From positions 13,920-77,919 of IMG/VR virus record IMGVR_UViG_3300020045_001345: a DNA stretch of 64,000 bases, one strand, 5' to 3'. The stretch comes from a virus. Taxonomy: Duplodnaviria > Caudoviricetes. Position 1 is the first letter of the stretch, and each line of letters begins with the position of its first letter. The notes below the pieces were generated by a model, which saw only the letters and a list, made by a program, of their open reading frames with translations, was not told where the DNA came from and did not search any database. Below are positions 27,822 to 37,839 of the stretch, in pieces. A program made the translations under genes and the position numbers.

Positions 27822-28163
27822 TTAGAATCCTTGGTAGTATTGCAGCATGTGAATGTTGACACTATTTGCTATTTTTAATGCTGCCACAGTGGCAGCTGCA
27901 CTCCCTGCGGCTGTTTGAGCAGCCAAAGCACTAGAAGCAGCGCTCAAGCTATAGTTGTAAGTTAGTGTTAAATTTGTTGCAGTTAAGTCAGCATTAGACT
28001 GTACAGTGATTGCCAGAGGATTCATCTGAGCTACAAACGCATTTAGTTCTGTGCCAAAAGTAGGCAAAGCACCTAAGAAATTATTAGCATTAGTGTTAAA
28101 TGTAGCAGCAGGTTGTGTCCTAGCAGGTGTAGTAGGTAATGCTGTTATAGTAGGTAGTGCCAT
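27822..28163 (-). CDS. Putative tail fibre/tip protein (Ala-rich coiled coil)
   Basis: ITALPT.P.R..PATF...A..FL.AL..F..E.N. Confidence 0.55.
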   Translation of the reverse strand: MALPTITALPTTPARTQPAATFNTNANNFLGALPTFGTELNAFVAQMNPLAITVQSNADLTATNLTLTYNYSLSAASSALAAQTAAGSAAATVAALKIANSVNIHMLQYYQGF

Positions 28164-29071
28164 TAAGTAAGCCCTTCAATTGTGAGTGTGCATGTTGATA
28201 GTGTTGAGTAGGCTACATTTATCTCAAAGTCTTTATAGAATCCATAAATCAACATAGCTCCTGAAAGTCCTTCTGGATCTGATTCATTTGTACCAGACCA
28301 AATGATAGGTGTACTTCTGTAACTGGCAAATAGTTTTTGTAGCTCTGTAACAGTGGTTGTTTCTAAGTATAAATTAAAGTTTCCACGCTTTGAGTATGGT
28401 CTTTGTGTTATTGTATAATTACCAAAAGCATCAATAGTTTTTAGAGAGTAATCAATGTTTCCCACTGAGCTTCCCCACTGACTGTCGCCAATGAACTTCT
28501 GCTGTCCCATTACACAAGTGCCGATAGAAGGAGAGAACCCTGTATCTGTCGCAGTTATTTCAAGAGATACATTACTGTATGGTGGCAGGTCAAATAGCAC
28601 TAAGTCATTAGTTCTGACAATAGGCTCAAAGAAATATGGATACCAGTCAATAATTCCTGAGTCTGATATTAATGAAACTGTGTTATCATAGACAACTCCC
28701 TCAATGGCGTCTGTAGCCTTTACTCTGACAGATGCTGCACTTATGTTAATAAATGCCACGCTGTCAACAACAGAATTTGATTGAGTTGTTGTGACAATAG
28801 TGTTAGGATTTGTAGTAGTAGTCCCTACAATCTTATCAAACATTTTCCAACGGTTTGTATAGCCTATATTCAACCACTTTGATGTGTCTGTTACAGGTTG
28901 ATTTAAGTTTGAATTTACAACAGATTCATACACTTGGTGGGTTGCCACCACAATCACTCTATCACCTATTGAGTAAGTTGTGGCAGCACTCCAAGCAGCA
29001 TAATCTGTCTCTGGGACATTAGAACTCAGCAATATTGAGTCTGTTATCGCTAGAGGTCTGATTATCTTCAT
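28163..29071 (-). CDS. Distal tail/baseplate protein with a CBM5/12-like insertion
   Basis: AWSAATTYSIGDRV...HQVYES...W; first gene after the tape measure. Confidence 0.7.
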   Translation of the reverse strand: MKIIRPLAITDSILLSSNVPETDYAAWSAATTYSIGDRVIVVATHQVYESVVNSNLNQPVTDTSKWLNIGYTNRWKMFDKIVGTTTTNPNTIVTTTQSNSVVDSVAFINISAASVRVKATDAIEGVVYDNTVSLISDSGIIDWYPYFFEPIVRTNDLVLFDLPPYSNVSLEITATDTGFSPSIGTCVMGQQKFIGDSQWGSSVGNIDYSLKTIDAFGNYTITQRPYSKRGNFNLYLETTTVTELQKLFASYRSTPIIWSGTNESDPEGLSGAMLIYGFYKDFEINVAYSTLSTCTLTIEGLT

Positions 29072-29104
29072 TTCATCTTTCTATTAATTAAATCATTCAA
29101 CTGA

Positions 29105-32100
29105 TTAAACGACTTGAACTTGAACAGGAGTATTAGCAGTATCACCTTTTACAATCAAACCATTGACATTCCAGTTATCAACAATCTTATAAGTTTTTGT
29201 AAGTTTGTCTACAACAGCATTGGCTTGTGCTCTAGCTTCACTTCTCAAATCTTTAAGCTCCTGAACAACTTCTCTCATCGAATTACCATTCAAGAGTTCT
29301 TTAGTTTGAGCAGCGTTGTAGACATGAGCAGGAGAGCTATCAATCAACTCAGCACCTACTTCACCTACAAGAGCCATACCACCTGAATGGAAACCACCGT
29401 CAGCAAATGCAGGAATGTTAGTTCCTTGTGCTGCTGATAAAGAGCTTCCTGTGGTGACCAAACTTCCCATCACTTGTGCTCTGATTCTATTAAGTTCTTC
29501 CATAGAAGATGCTTGAGAATCAGCCATAGCTAACAATGCTTGAGAAATAGCAGGAAGTTGTTTAGCGGCCTCTATGTCTCCAGCCCTAGCTTGAGCAGAT
29601 GTTGTAGCAAATGTTGCTTGTAGACCTGCATAGCTTTGTGCTGTGTTTCCAGTGAGAAGCCCTTTGATACGCTTAACTTCAGCAAACAAGCTATCTGTCA
29701 CAGATTGCCAAGCACTTCTAGCTGTGTCAGCTGCTTGTTTGGCAGCATCTCCAGCAGCCTTAGAAGCACTAGCAGCAGCACTTTCAGCCTCTGCTTGATC
29801 TTGCAAGGCATAGATGCGTAACTGGAAAGGTCTTAACGATTCGTCCATTGCAGCCAACTCGTCAGCACGTCTAGCATTTAATGCACCAGCTTTATCACCT
29901 GTCAACTCCATGATTTGTATTTCTAAACCTCTTCGCTGACTAGCAATCGCATTAGCTTTTTCTAATGCGGAAGCTTCATCTTGAAGGGCATAGATACGGT
30001 TCATCTGAGCTTGGAGGGTAGCATCTGTTGTGGCAAGTTCCCTCTCTCTACTAGCAGCTAAATTCTCAAGAGAAGTGTGTTGTAGCTCATACTCTTGTAT
30101 GTCCATTTCCTTGCGCTTGCTGACCAAATCTGCTGCAGACAATGAAGCCTCTGTAGCAGGAACAATCTCAGCATAGGCTTCTGATAATTTCATCAGAGAC
30201 ACATACAGTTCGTAGTTACCTTCTCTATTGGCCTTCTCGACTTCAGCCCTAAAATCAGCCCTATCAGTTGGCATTTCTATTCCAAGTCTGGCAAGAGCCT
30301 CTGTCATAGCTGTAACAGCTTTAGCAGACTTTTCACCTTCTGTGTAGAAATTATCATAATAGGAAGACGACACTTCTTGAAGCTTGTCAATACCACCATA
30401 CAAATCTATTAAGGATTGTGAAGCTTTGATACCAGCTACGTCTAGTGTGAATAAACTATGACCAAGTTGAGTCATTGTCTCGTTAGTGACAATCATCTCA
30501 CTAGAGATACGCACTAATGTTTCAAAAGCACCTTCACCCACTTTAGCAAACTCTAACAACCCAGACATCACACTAGAAGCCATTGTGTCAGCAGCTTTGG
30601 AAATAACACTGTTGATAGCTTGGGCTAGTGCATCGCCTGAAAGTCCTTTGAGAGAAATACTTGCATCAATTACTAAGTTCTTCAAAGCATCGTCAACTTG
30701 TGCAGCAGATACTCCAAGACCTTGAGCTGCAACTTTTAGAGTTGCTTCTAAGCTTGTAAATATCTTGCCGAACTGTGTAGAGAGTTCTGCTCCGACACCT
30801 TGTGTTTGTACTGAACTGGAAGTACTCTTGCTAAGACCAAACCAGCTTGATTTAGTTGTATCAACATTCGCGTATTGATTAACACCTTGACCAGCTTGCA
30901 ATTGGCCTAGAGTACCTTGTACTTTTAAACCAGCGTCTGTGATATTCTGGGTTACTTTACCCCACAGATTGTTAATAGCTGAGGAAATTTTACTCCCTAA
31001 AAGTGGCCCGAATAATGCTTTTGTTACATGAGTCATGGCACCAGATATCGCATCTGTTGCACTACCTTTAGCATTAATTTGACCTTCTTTAATACCAAAG
31101 CCAGTACCCTCTGTTAATCCTGTTGTCTTCACAATTAGGTTAGCTAACCCTGACATTGACTTATCAATACTTCTTAATGATTTCATCATATCAGACGTAT
31201 GAGACAATCCTGTGTCAGCATACTGTTCCATCATCTTCAAAGAGTTTTCAATTGAAGCAGATTTGGCAGAGCTATCACCAAACACTGTTCCAGTTCCTTG
31301 AGTTTTCTGAGCGTCTGCTGCTTTGGCTCCACCGCCAGAACTGCTTTTAAATCCTCCACCAACAGCAAAACCCAGTGTAGCAACTGCAGCAGCCATAGCA
31401 GCCATCCTTGCAAACGCTGTATATGGATCACCATTAGCTTGATTTAGAACAGCCTTTACCGCCATCTGCCCCATTTCAATTAAGTTCATTGCTACTTGAG
31501 CTGCATGAGCTGTTTGTGCAATTCCTTCCATAGTTTTGTAACCATTGCTTCCTTCTTCAAAGAAGCCTTTGGCTGCACTAGCCATGTCACCATACGAAGC
31601 TATTCTATACTCAGTTTCTTTGTTGCTGATTTTCTCTGTGTACTCAGCAAGCTCCTTAGAACCTTTTGAATACTTCTTATTAGCAGCTTCGCGAAGGTCG
31701 TCTATGTGAGCTTGTTTAGCCCCATAAGTGTCAATAGCTTTAGCGAATGGCTGCAGAGCAGCAGCAGCCCCTTTAAACGCACCTTTAATAGAATTAGCCC
31801 ACTTATCTACTTTAGAAGGATTAAAAGCCTTGTCAAGTATGTCCTGCGCTTTCTTAGCCTCTTCCAGACCACCAAGCTCTGTAGTTAAACCAGCAGCTTG
31901 CTTCTTAGCCTCTATTAAATCATAGGCAGCTTGTATCTCATCAAGAGTTCTGGCAGTACCTTTCTTAGATGTTTCAATAGCTTGCAAATCAGCTAATTCT
32001 TTAGCCTCTACAGCACCCTTAGCCATTCCAAAAGTGTCTACTAAACGTTGCAAGTTTTCAGCTTCAGCTTGTGCTGATTTGACAGCTTCTTGGCTAGTTT

Positions 32101-34354
32101 TTAATCTTGAAGCATAAGCTGTTGCAGCTTCCTTAGTTGCTTCATTCTCATTGAATAGGGCATTAACAAGGACAAGCTTGGAGATTGCGGCTTCGTTATC
32201 AGCAAGTCTTGCCTTAGCTCCTGCTACATTTTTCTCTTTACCTAAAGCTAAATTCTTAGAAATAACTTCGTTTTCTTCTCTGTGCTTCTCTATAGATTTC
32301 TCCATAGGTGATAGCTTTGCACCAGCGCCCTCAGCAGCAAGTTGTTTCTGCAGCTCAAGCTGTTCTTGCATCATTACATTAGCTTTGTTCAGAGACTCTA
32401 GTTGTACTGTGAAGTGCTTCTGAGTGTTCTTGTCAGCATAACTCTTCTTAATCGCTGTAACAGCTTCTGCATACTTCTCAGCAGATAATCTAGTCTTATC
32501 CAGAGCTTCAATCTCAGCTTTCATCTGACCAGCTTTATTTAAATCATACTTAGCATTTATCTCAGAAGTATATTTAGCTTGATTAGAATTCTTTACAGCC
32601 AAGTCTAGTTCTTGTTTCTTTAATTCTGACAGTCTGATTGAATTGTCAATTTCAGCTTTTTGAGAGATTAATACTTGCATAGCTGCTGTGCCACCGATTG
32701 TCTGTCTTGCAGACTCTTGTTTAGCTAGAGCAATAATACGAGCATTTATGTCAGCCAATCGACCTTCATTAGCTCCACCTTCTTTTAGATTCAGTTTATC
32801 CTTCTCCTGAATAACACCTCTAATTTTATCAATCTGCTTTTGGTATGCCTCTGTTTCAGCGTTAACTTCTTTTACCATATCAGGGATAGATTTAGAGAGT
32901 TCTTCTGTAGACTTCTTAACTTCATTTATACCAAAGCCATATAAATTCCAAACAGCTATACTGGCACCTACTGCAAATGCTGCTGCAGATATTGCCAAGC
33001 CAATAGGAGTTTTACCAAGCAGACTCATAGCCACTTCAACCAACCCTACTGCTTTAGCTAATTGTATTAGAGACAAGGCAGCTCCTGCAGCCCATCCAGC
33101 TAGGCCAAAAGTTACAAGTCCTGAAATTATTACACCGATAGATTTTAAATGATCTATGATAAATACTAAAGTACCGCCTACAGCTTTGGCTAAAGTTGGC
33201 ATGTAGTCTACTAAGTCCATTACAGCTTTTGACAGCTTTGAACCTAATTCAGAATCTTGTCCAAGTTCGCCTATAGCTTTAAACCATGCATTCTTTACCA
33301 TTGTCATAGCACTATCAACAGTGATAGGGAGTGACTCAAAATCCTTGCGCATTTGTGGCAAGGCATTCTTCATGGCATTAGCTAATAATTCTCCTGTAAT
33401 AAGTCCTTGCGAACCCATCTTCTTAAGAGTTTCTGTGGTGTTTTCACCCCATTGACCTGTCCTACGAAGCTCAGTTTCAATTGCTCTTAAGATGATTGGA
33501 GCGCCCTCAGCCACAGCATTAAATTCAGCACCGTTCAGCCTACCAGCATTCATAGATTGAGAGAACTGCAGCATAACAGAAGAAGCCTCAGCAGCTGTAC
33601 TACCGCCAAGTTGCAAGGCAAGTCCCATTCCTTCAACCATACCCATTGTATCTTTAGCTGACTTTCCCATCATTTGCATTGGCAGAGCCATACGAGTATA
33701 GAGCTTTGCGGCATCTTCTAATGGCACACGTATCTTCTGAGCTAATACAAACAAGTCTTGCTGAATAACTTTAGCAGCTTCCATAGAGCCTGTTGTGAGT
33801 TTCAGCTTCGCTTGCATCATTACCCAAGCATCTGATTGTTCTATGATACCTTTGGCAAAATTAACACCAAGATATGCTGTTGCTGCCACAGCCATAGACT
33901 TTAATGTGTTGTTCCAAATAGAGCCACTAGAATGTGCTGATCTTAAACTCTCTTCATTTTTTTTAGTTGCTTTCTCTAAAGCTATTGCAGCTCTCTCAGA
34001 CTCTTTCTGAGCAGATGCTTGTGCTTTGTATATATCAACTTGCTTACCAAGAGCTGCAGCTGTTGCAGTCTGAGCAGCATCTAATTGCTTAACAACGGAC
34101 ATATATCTTGCAGTTTCCTCTGCATTCTTACCCATTGTGTTAGCTTGTTTGTCAAGCTTTGCTAAGTATTTCTCTGTAGCAGATGTGGAGGAATTTGTAA
34201 TAGCTGGAAGTTTTGCTTGTGAGACTAGAAATTGTTTAGTTTCTGAATCAACACTCTTAGCTGCTATTGCTAAGTCTTTTAAACTCTTAGTGGCATCATC
34301 AATACCCTTTGATTTTACTTCTATTCCAAGTGCACTGACATTCATTCCAGCCAT
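29105..34354 (-). CDS. Tail tape measure protein
   Basis: 1749 aa, Ala-rich helical; lambda-like tape domain (QFSQSM.AGRLNG.EFNAV.EGAP); follows the chaperone pair. Confidence 0.95.
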   Translation of the reverse strand: MAGMNVSALGIEVKSKGIDDATKSLKDLAIAAKSVDSETKQFLVSQAKLPAITNSSTSATEKYLAKLDKQANTMGKNAEETARYMSVVKQLDAAQTATAAALGKQVDIYKAQASAQKESERAAIALEKATKKNEESLRSAHSSGSIWNNTLKSMAVAATAYLGVNFAKGIIEQSDAWVMMQAKLKLTTGSMEAAKVIQQDLFVLAQKIRVPLEDAAKLYTRMALPMQMMGKSAKDTMGMVEGMGLALQLGGSTAAEASSVMLQFSQSMNAGRLNGAEFNAVAEGAPIILRAIETELRRTGQWGENTTETLKKMGSQGLITGELLANAMKNALPQMRKDFESLPITVDSAMTMVKNAWFKAIGELGQDSELGSKLSKAVMDLVDYMPTLAKAVGGTLVFIIDHLKSIGVIISGLVTFGLAGWAAGAALSLIQLAKAVGLVEVAMSLLGKTPIGLAISAAAFAVGASIAVWNLYGFGINEVKKSTEELSKSIPDMVKEVNAETEAYQKQIDKIRGVIQEKDKLNLKEGGANEGRLADINARIIALAKQESARQTIGGTAAMQVLISQKAEIDNSIRLSELKKQELDLAVKNSNQAKYTSEINAKYDLNKAGQMKAEIEALDKTRLSAEKYAEAVTAIKKSYADKNTQKHFTVQLESLNKANVMMQEQLELQKQLAAEGAGAKLSPMEKSIEKHREENEVISKNLALGKEKNVAGAKARLADNEAAISKLVLVNALFNENEATKEAATAYASRLKTSQEAVKSAQAEAENLQRLVDTFGMAKGAVEAKELADLQAIETSKKGTARTLDEIQAAYDLIEAKKQAAGLTTELGGLEEAKKAQDILDKAFNPSKVDKWANSIKGAFKGAAAALQPFAKAIDTYGAKQAHIDDLREAANKKYSKGSKELAEYTEKISNKETEYRIASYGDMASAAKGFFEEGSNGYKTMEGIAQTAHAAQVAMNLIEMGQMAVKAVLNQANGDPYTAFARMAAMAAAVATLGFAVGGGFKSSSGGGAKAADAQKTQGTGTVFGDSSAKSASIENSLKMMEQYADTGLSHTSDMMKSLRSIDKSMSGLANLIVKTTGLTEGTGFGIKEGQINAKGSATDAISGAMTHVTKALFGPLLGSKISSAINNLWGKVTQNITDAGLKVQGTLGQLQAGQGVNQYANVDTTKSSWFGLSKSTSSSVQTQGVGAELSTQFGKIFTSLEATLKVAAQGLGVSAAQVDDALKNLVIDASISLKGLSGDALAQAINSVISKAADTMASSVMSGLLEFAKVGEGAFETLVRISSEMIVTNETMTQLGHSLFTLDVAGIKASQSLIDLYGGIDKLQEVSSSYYDNFYTEGEKSAKAVTAMTEALARLGIEMPTDRADFRAEVEKANREGNYELYVSLMKLSEAYAEIVPATEASLSAADLVSKRKEMDIQEYELQHTSLENLAASRERELATTDATLQAQMNRIYALQDEASALEKANAIASQRRGLEIQIMELTGDKAGALNARRADELAAMDESLRPFQLRIYALQDQAEAESAAASASKAAGDAAKQAADTARSAWQSVTDSLFAEVKRIKGLLTGNTAQSYAGLQATFATTSAQARAGDIEAAKQLPAISQALLAMADSQASSMEELNRIRAQVMGSLVTTGSSLSAAQGTNIPAFADGGFHSGGMALVGEVGAELIDSSPAHVYNAAQTKELLNGNSMREVVQELKDLRSEARAQANAVVDKLTKTYKIVDNWNVNGLIVKGDTANTPVQVQVV

Positions 34355-34362
34355 AATAATTC

Positions 34363-34811
34363 CTATTCTTTATTCTTGAGTTTTGCAAAAAGACTCTTAA
34401 CACTGCTTGCCACTTCATCCCTCACCAATTGAGTTACCTCTAAAGTTTTACTATAAGGTTGTGACCTATTTGCATCTGATGCTTGATTGTATTCATTAAC
34501 ATAAGCCTTGCTCATGTTCTTTAATGTATTAATTTCCCACAATGAGAAGTCTCTCTGTGTGCATGATATCCAAGCCTTGAGTTCTTCCCAAGAGAGTTCT
34601 ACCATACCTCCCATATCACTAGAAGACATTCCACTCTCAAAAAAAAGAGGGACTAGATATTCAGCCTCACAATCTGGTAAGCTCAATTCTAGTCCCTCTT
34701 TATATTTTTCTCTTAGCTCACCAATCCTAGACATCCTAGCTTCTTTAGGAGTGGCATGATACCACCCCAATTGACGAGCATAGAGTTCTAGGCTAGACTC
34801 AGCACTTAGAT
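34363..34811 (-). CDS. Tail assembly chaperone extension (gpT-like), reached by -1 frameshift
   Basis: -1 frame is open from the slippery site through YLSAESSLELYARQLGWYHATP to the stop at 34363. Confidence 0.8.
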
Positions 34812-35213
34812 AAAATTTCCAATGTCTTCTACAGCAGCGTCTACAGCTTTACGAATCCAATCTAAATCATTGTCATTATAGAGCTTGCGAAATTGTGCAG
34901 GAGTTGTAAGATTCTCTTCACCATCATATTCCAAGTTAGCGGTGCTTACAGAGCATGCTACCAAGATTTCAGTGGCATCAGAGTTCATCTGAGCTGGTGT
35001 ATATTTCTTCTTCAGATTCTCAAAGCGGCGAGCTTGGATAGCTTCAGAAGCATTACGATATTGTTTGGAGTTCTTACCGTAGATTGTAATTGTGACAGGC
35101 TTCTCTTTCAAGTCGCCATCTGCAAACAGCAGATCACCTGTTTCTGGGTTTGTCAATTGCAAGTCGTATGTAGAACCTGATTTTACTGCTAATGTTGAAA
35201 GTTTGAAGCTCAT
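34806..35213 (-). CDS. Tail assembly chaperone (gpG-like)
   Basis: L.NP.TG..L, I.+YG..SK.YR; position between tube and tape measure genes. Confidence 0.8.
   Translation of the reverse strand: MSFKLSTLAVKSGSTYDLQLTNPETGDLLFADGDLKEKPVTITIYGKNSKQYRNASEAIQARRFENLKKKYTPAQMNSDATEILVACSVSTANLEYDGEENLTTPAQFRKLYNDNDLDWIRKAVDAAVEDIGNFI
34812..34818 (-). promoter_or_regulatory. Programmed -1 ribosomal frameshift site A-AAT-TTT
   Basis: GGA AAT TTT ATC TAA at the end of the chaperone gene; XXXYYYZ heptamer in the correct phase. Confidence 0.8.
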
Positions 35214-35271
35214 GTGGGTGTTCCTTTATGTGATTAATATTATGGTTTATTAGGTAGCTCTTTGGCTATTG

Positions 35272-36009
35272 CTAATTGGTGATTGCTGGTGGTTCTAATA
35301 TCAAGGTAGCAATTCTTGATAATAATACTGGTAAATTCACTTCATAGAAGCATTCTGTATAACCTGCAAACTTATTCTCGTATTGCTTATGAGTTGTTCG
35401 TAGTTGTTTGAGAAGTAAGCTCTCGATATTCTTAATCTTAGTACCTGAGTCTCTAACTGTGTAAATTACCTTAAAAGCTTTTCCACTATCATTTCTTACT
35501 GCTGATAATCTTTTACCTATTTTGGAATTAGTAATACCAACTTTAGTAATTTCACCATCACTGAAGACATATAGAATACCTTCTTTAGCTGTCTTGTATC
35601 CTCCGCCTTCTGAACACATCTGACAACCAGAACCTCCGTTACACAAGAGTTCTCTAGGTATTTTTACAAAATCACCATGTATTTGACAGGTCAGTGTTAC
35701 TTCTGTCCAAGAGTTTTTGTAGATAATTTTATCGTAGTTGTATGTATCATTTCCAACAAGTTTCTTGTGTTTAGCTACAAGTTCTTCTTTATTACTAGAA
35801 TACAAATTACTCATACGCTCACATCGGCATTTTGAACAACCTACACCTCTCATGTGATGATTTGGCGTTACTGAAAATATCCCGTGTTCCTTGCATAATA
35901 TATCTACTTTGATATGAGAAAACTCGTAATTAGTTGGGGAATAGTCGTAGAGGTTATTGTGTGTTTCTTCTGAACGTCTAATAAACTCTTGTTGTGTTAA
36001 TTTCTTCAT
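35272..36009 (-). CDS. Free-standing homing endonuclease (Zn-ribbon repeats plus GIY-YIG/T5orf172-like C-terminus)
   Basis: EFI......H...YDYS, C..HG.F...P..H..G.GC..C repeats; ILY....G.ITKVGITN...R. ATG at 36009; the track extension overlaps the tube gene. Confidence 0.8.
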   Translation of the reverse strand: MKKLTQQEFIRRSEETHNNLYDYSPTNYEFSHIKVDILCKEHGIFSVTPNHHMRGVGCSKCRCERMSNLYSSNKEELVAKHKKLVGNDTYNYDKIIYKNSWTEVTLTCQIHGDFVKIPRELLCNGGSGCQMCSEGGGYKTAKEGILYVFSDGEITKVGITNSKIGKRLSAVRNDSGKAFKVIYTVRDSGTKIKNIESLLLKQLRTTHKQYENKFAGYTECFYEVNLPVLLSRIATLILEPPAITN

Positions 36010-36012
36010 ATT

Positions 36013-36036
36013 AAAAGACAGGGGATTTCTCCCCTG
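36013..36036 (-). terminator. Intrinsic terminator after the major tail gene
   Basis: CAGGGGA-GAAA-TCCCCTG-TCTTTT. Confidence 0.85.
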
Positions 36037-36043
36037 CATTACC

Positions 36044-36478
36044 TTAATATACCGGACTGTCAATCTCAATGTTGGCTGTTCCGCCAACGATGGAATCAAC
36101 ACTACCAATTTTCTTAACGAAACTCACAACTTGACAAGTGAAATAAGATGTAGTACCATCATTTTCAACGATACGCATTGCATAGCTTAAATCAGAATCG
36201 GAAGCTGTCTTGAGAATAATCTGACCAGCATCGCTTGTTTGACTAGCAAACTCAAAGCTCATAGTACCAGCATCATAGGAACCCTTCAGTTTACGAACAT
36301 TCCGGTCACCAATTGGACTATGTTTAACTACATTGTATGTTTTACCAAAGTCACCAATTGATACAACTTCACCAATTGGTGTGTAAGTTTTTGCAGACAA
36401 AGTGGACAGATCAACTGTACCAACCATTGCCACTGCTGCGATAGATACTGTAGTACCTGCTGCTGAATGAATAGCCAT
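36044..36478 (-). CDS. Major tail tube protein
   Basis: AGTT+SI, IGEV.SIG.FG, RK.KGS.DAG, D.GQ..L; siphovirus tube pattern. Confidence 0.85.
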   Translation of the reverse strand: MAIHSAAGTTVSIAAVAMVGTVDLSTLSAKTYTPIGEVVSIGDFGKTYNVVKHSPIGDRNVRKLKGSYDAGTMSFEFASQTSDAGQIILKTASDSDLSYAMRIVENDGTTSYFTCQVVSFVKKIGSVDSIVGGTANIEIDSPVY

Positions 36479-36521
36479 ATTTAATTCCTTGTATTATTTA
36501 ATTGTTTAATGTAATATGCTA

Positions 36522-36887
36522 TTAAGCGTACACAGTGATTTTGAGAGTAGCTGCACCAGACAATGTTACATTGTTAGCTGCTGTGGAACCTGCCAGATAC
36601 GCAGTGATTTTATCAAGGTTGATAATCTTCTTAGCTGCTGCTGCAACTACGATTGACAAACCGGCTGACAAGTCGATAGTGGTAGAAGTACCAGCTACAG
36701 GGTAGGTTGCTGAAGGGGCTGTACCTTTGATAACAACTGTCAAAGAACCACCAGTGGTGTTGTCAAGTTCTACCAATTGGTTGGTGCCTGCAACGTATGT
36801 CATTGTATCTGAGGCTGAAGCTGTGTTGACTGTTGCTGTAACTGTGCCATTTACACCTTGCAGAGCTGTTGAAGTTAAAACTGCCAT
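36522..36887 (-). CDS. Putative virion structural protein (beta-rich)
   Basis: A/T/V-rich; strong SD; between the tail terminator and tube genes. Confidence 0.6.
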   Translation of the reverse strand: MAVLTSTALQGVNGTVTATVNTASASDTMTYVAGTNQLVELDNTTGGSLTVVIKGTAPSATYPVAGTSTTIDLSAGLSIVVAAAAKKIINLDKITAYLAGSTAANNVTLSGAATLKITVYA

Positions 36888-36945
36888 TTGTATTTCCTTT
36901 TAAATAATTTGCCTTTCGGCTAGAACCCTTGAAAGGGCAAATTTA

Positions 36946-37335
36946 CTAATTTTCGTATCTGTATCTAAATCTAACAGGAATAATCCTGAAATCATTTACT
37001 ACTAGATGTGGTAGCATGCTTGGAGTCTGCTCTACACTTACAGGGCTAAACTTTGGAATGATTGGGAACAAATTCACAATATTCTGTGCTAATGTTTCTA
37101 GCGTAGCACTACCGTGTCCATCTCTGCCGTAGCAATTTATCTGCACCATACCAACACTACGAATCTTTTCACCGTCAATGGTTCTATTAATCGTAGTTGA
37201 TGGTATAATGGATATTTGAAGCCATTGTCCAGAAGTAGGCGGAGTGAATGGTATTCCTTCATAAGCAATCGGTATAACTTGAAGGTCTGCCCATGCCTTA
37301 AGTCTCGTTTCAAAGACTTGTCTTATTACATTCAT
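36946..37335 (-). CDS. Tail terminator/completion protein (DUF4128-like)
   Basis: IAYE...F.PP..G.WL, G..QI..Y...G.G, PV..RY. Confidence 0.75.
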   Translation of the reverse strand: MNVIRQVFETRLKAWADLQVIPIAYEGIPFTPPTSGQWLQISIIPSTTINRTIDGEKIRSVGMVQINCYGRDGHGSATLETLAQNIVNLFPIIPKFSPVSVEQTPSMLPHLVVNDFRIIPVRFRYRYEN

Positions 37336-37344
37336 GTGATAGCC

Positions 37345-37782
37345 TTATAAGAATTTTGCAGCAGCTTTTACAAGTGCTTTATCAACCATTGCATATTTTG
37401 TGGCTCCATTCCAAGTCCATTGCCCAGAAGACTCACCTTTAGGCCAGCCAAGAGCCTCAACCCTGTAAGCATAATCGTGATTATTAGTTAGTGTGACAAC
37501 ACCATCTTTTTTAAGGAAGGCTTTGTAGTCTCTGACATCATAAATTCTATTGTAGCTATCAGCACCGTAATCATCAGTTGTTGTGCTTATATCTGATGAG
37601 AATTTATTCTGTGCTGGATACCAAGAATTTATTAATTGACCAGATGAGTAATCACCTGTAGCTGGATTTGGAGATTCTAGGACAACATCTTTGAATATCT
37701 CCACACAAACCATGTTGAGATTGTCATTAACTTCCTGTAGGACATTGGCAATATTATTTTGTATTGATTGTGCAAAATTCAT
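37345..37782 (-). CDS. Neck protein (HK97 gp10-like)
   Basis: V...SP....G....G.L.NSW, TLTNN..YAYRVE..GW, MV. Confidence 0.75.
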   Translation of the reverse strand: MNFAQSIQNNIANVLQEVNDNLNMVCVEIFKDVVLESPNPATGDYSSGQLINSWYPAQNKFSSDISTTTDDYGADSYNRIYDVRDYKAFLKKDGVVTLTNNHDYAYRVEALGWPKGESSGQWTWNGATKYAMVDKALVKAAAKFL

Positions 37783-37803
37783 AGTTGCCTTTAATTGTCC
37801 GTG

Positions 37804-37832
37804 ATTATAGCATGAAGGTTGTATTTTGTCAA
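37804..37832 (-). promoter_or_regulatory. sigma70 promoter for neck and tail genes
   Basis: TTGACA-17-TGnTATAAT on the - strand. Confidence 0.88.
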
Positions 37833-37839
37833 GAGATTA

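Noticed and set aside
36010-36108. Upstream extension of the endonuclease ORF 35272..36108
   Set aside because: Overlaps the tube gene and a terminator; homologous sequence begins at MKKLTQQEF (36009).
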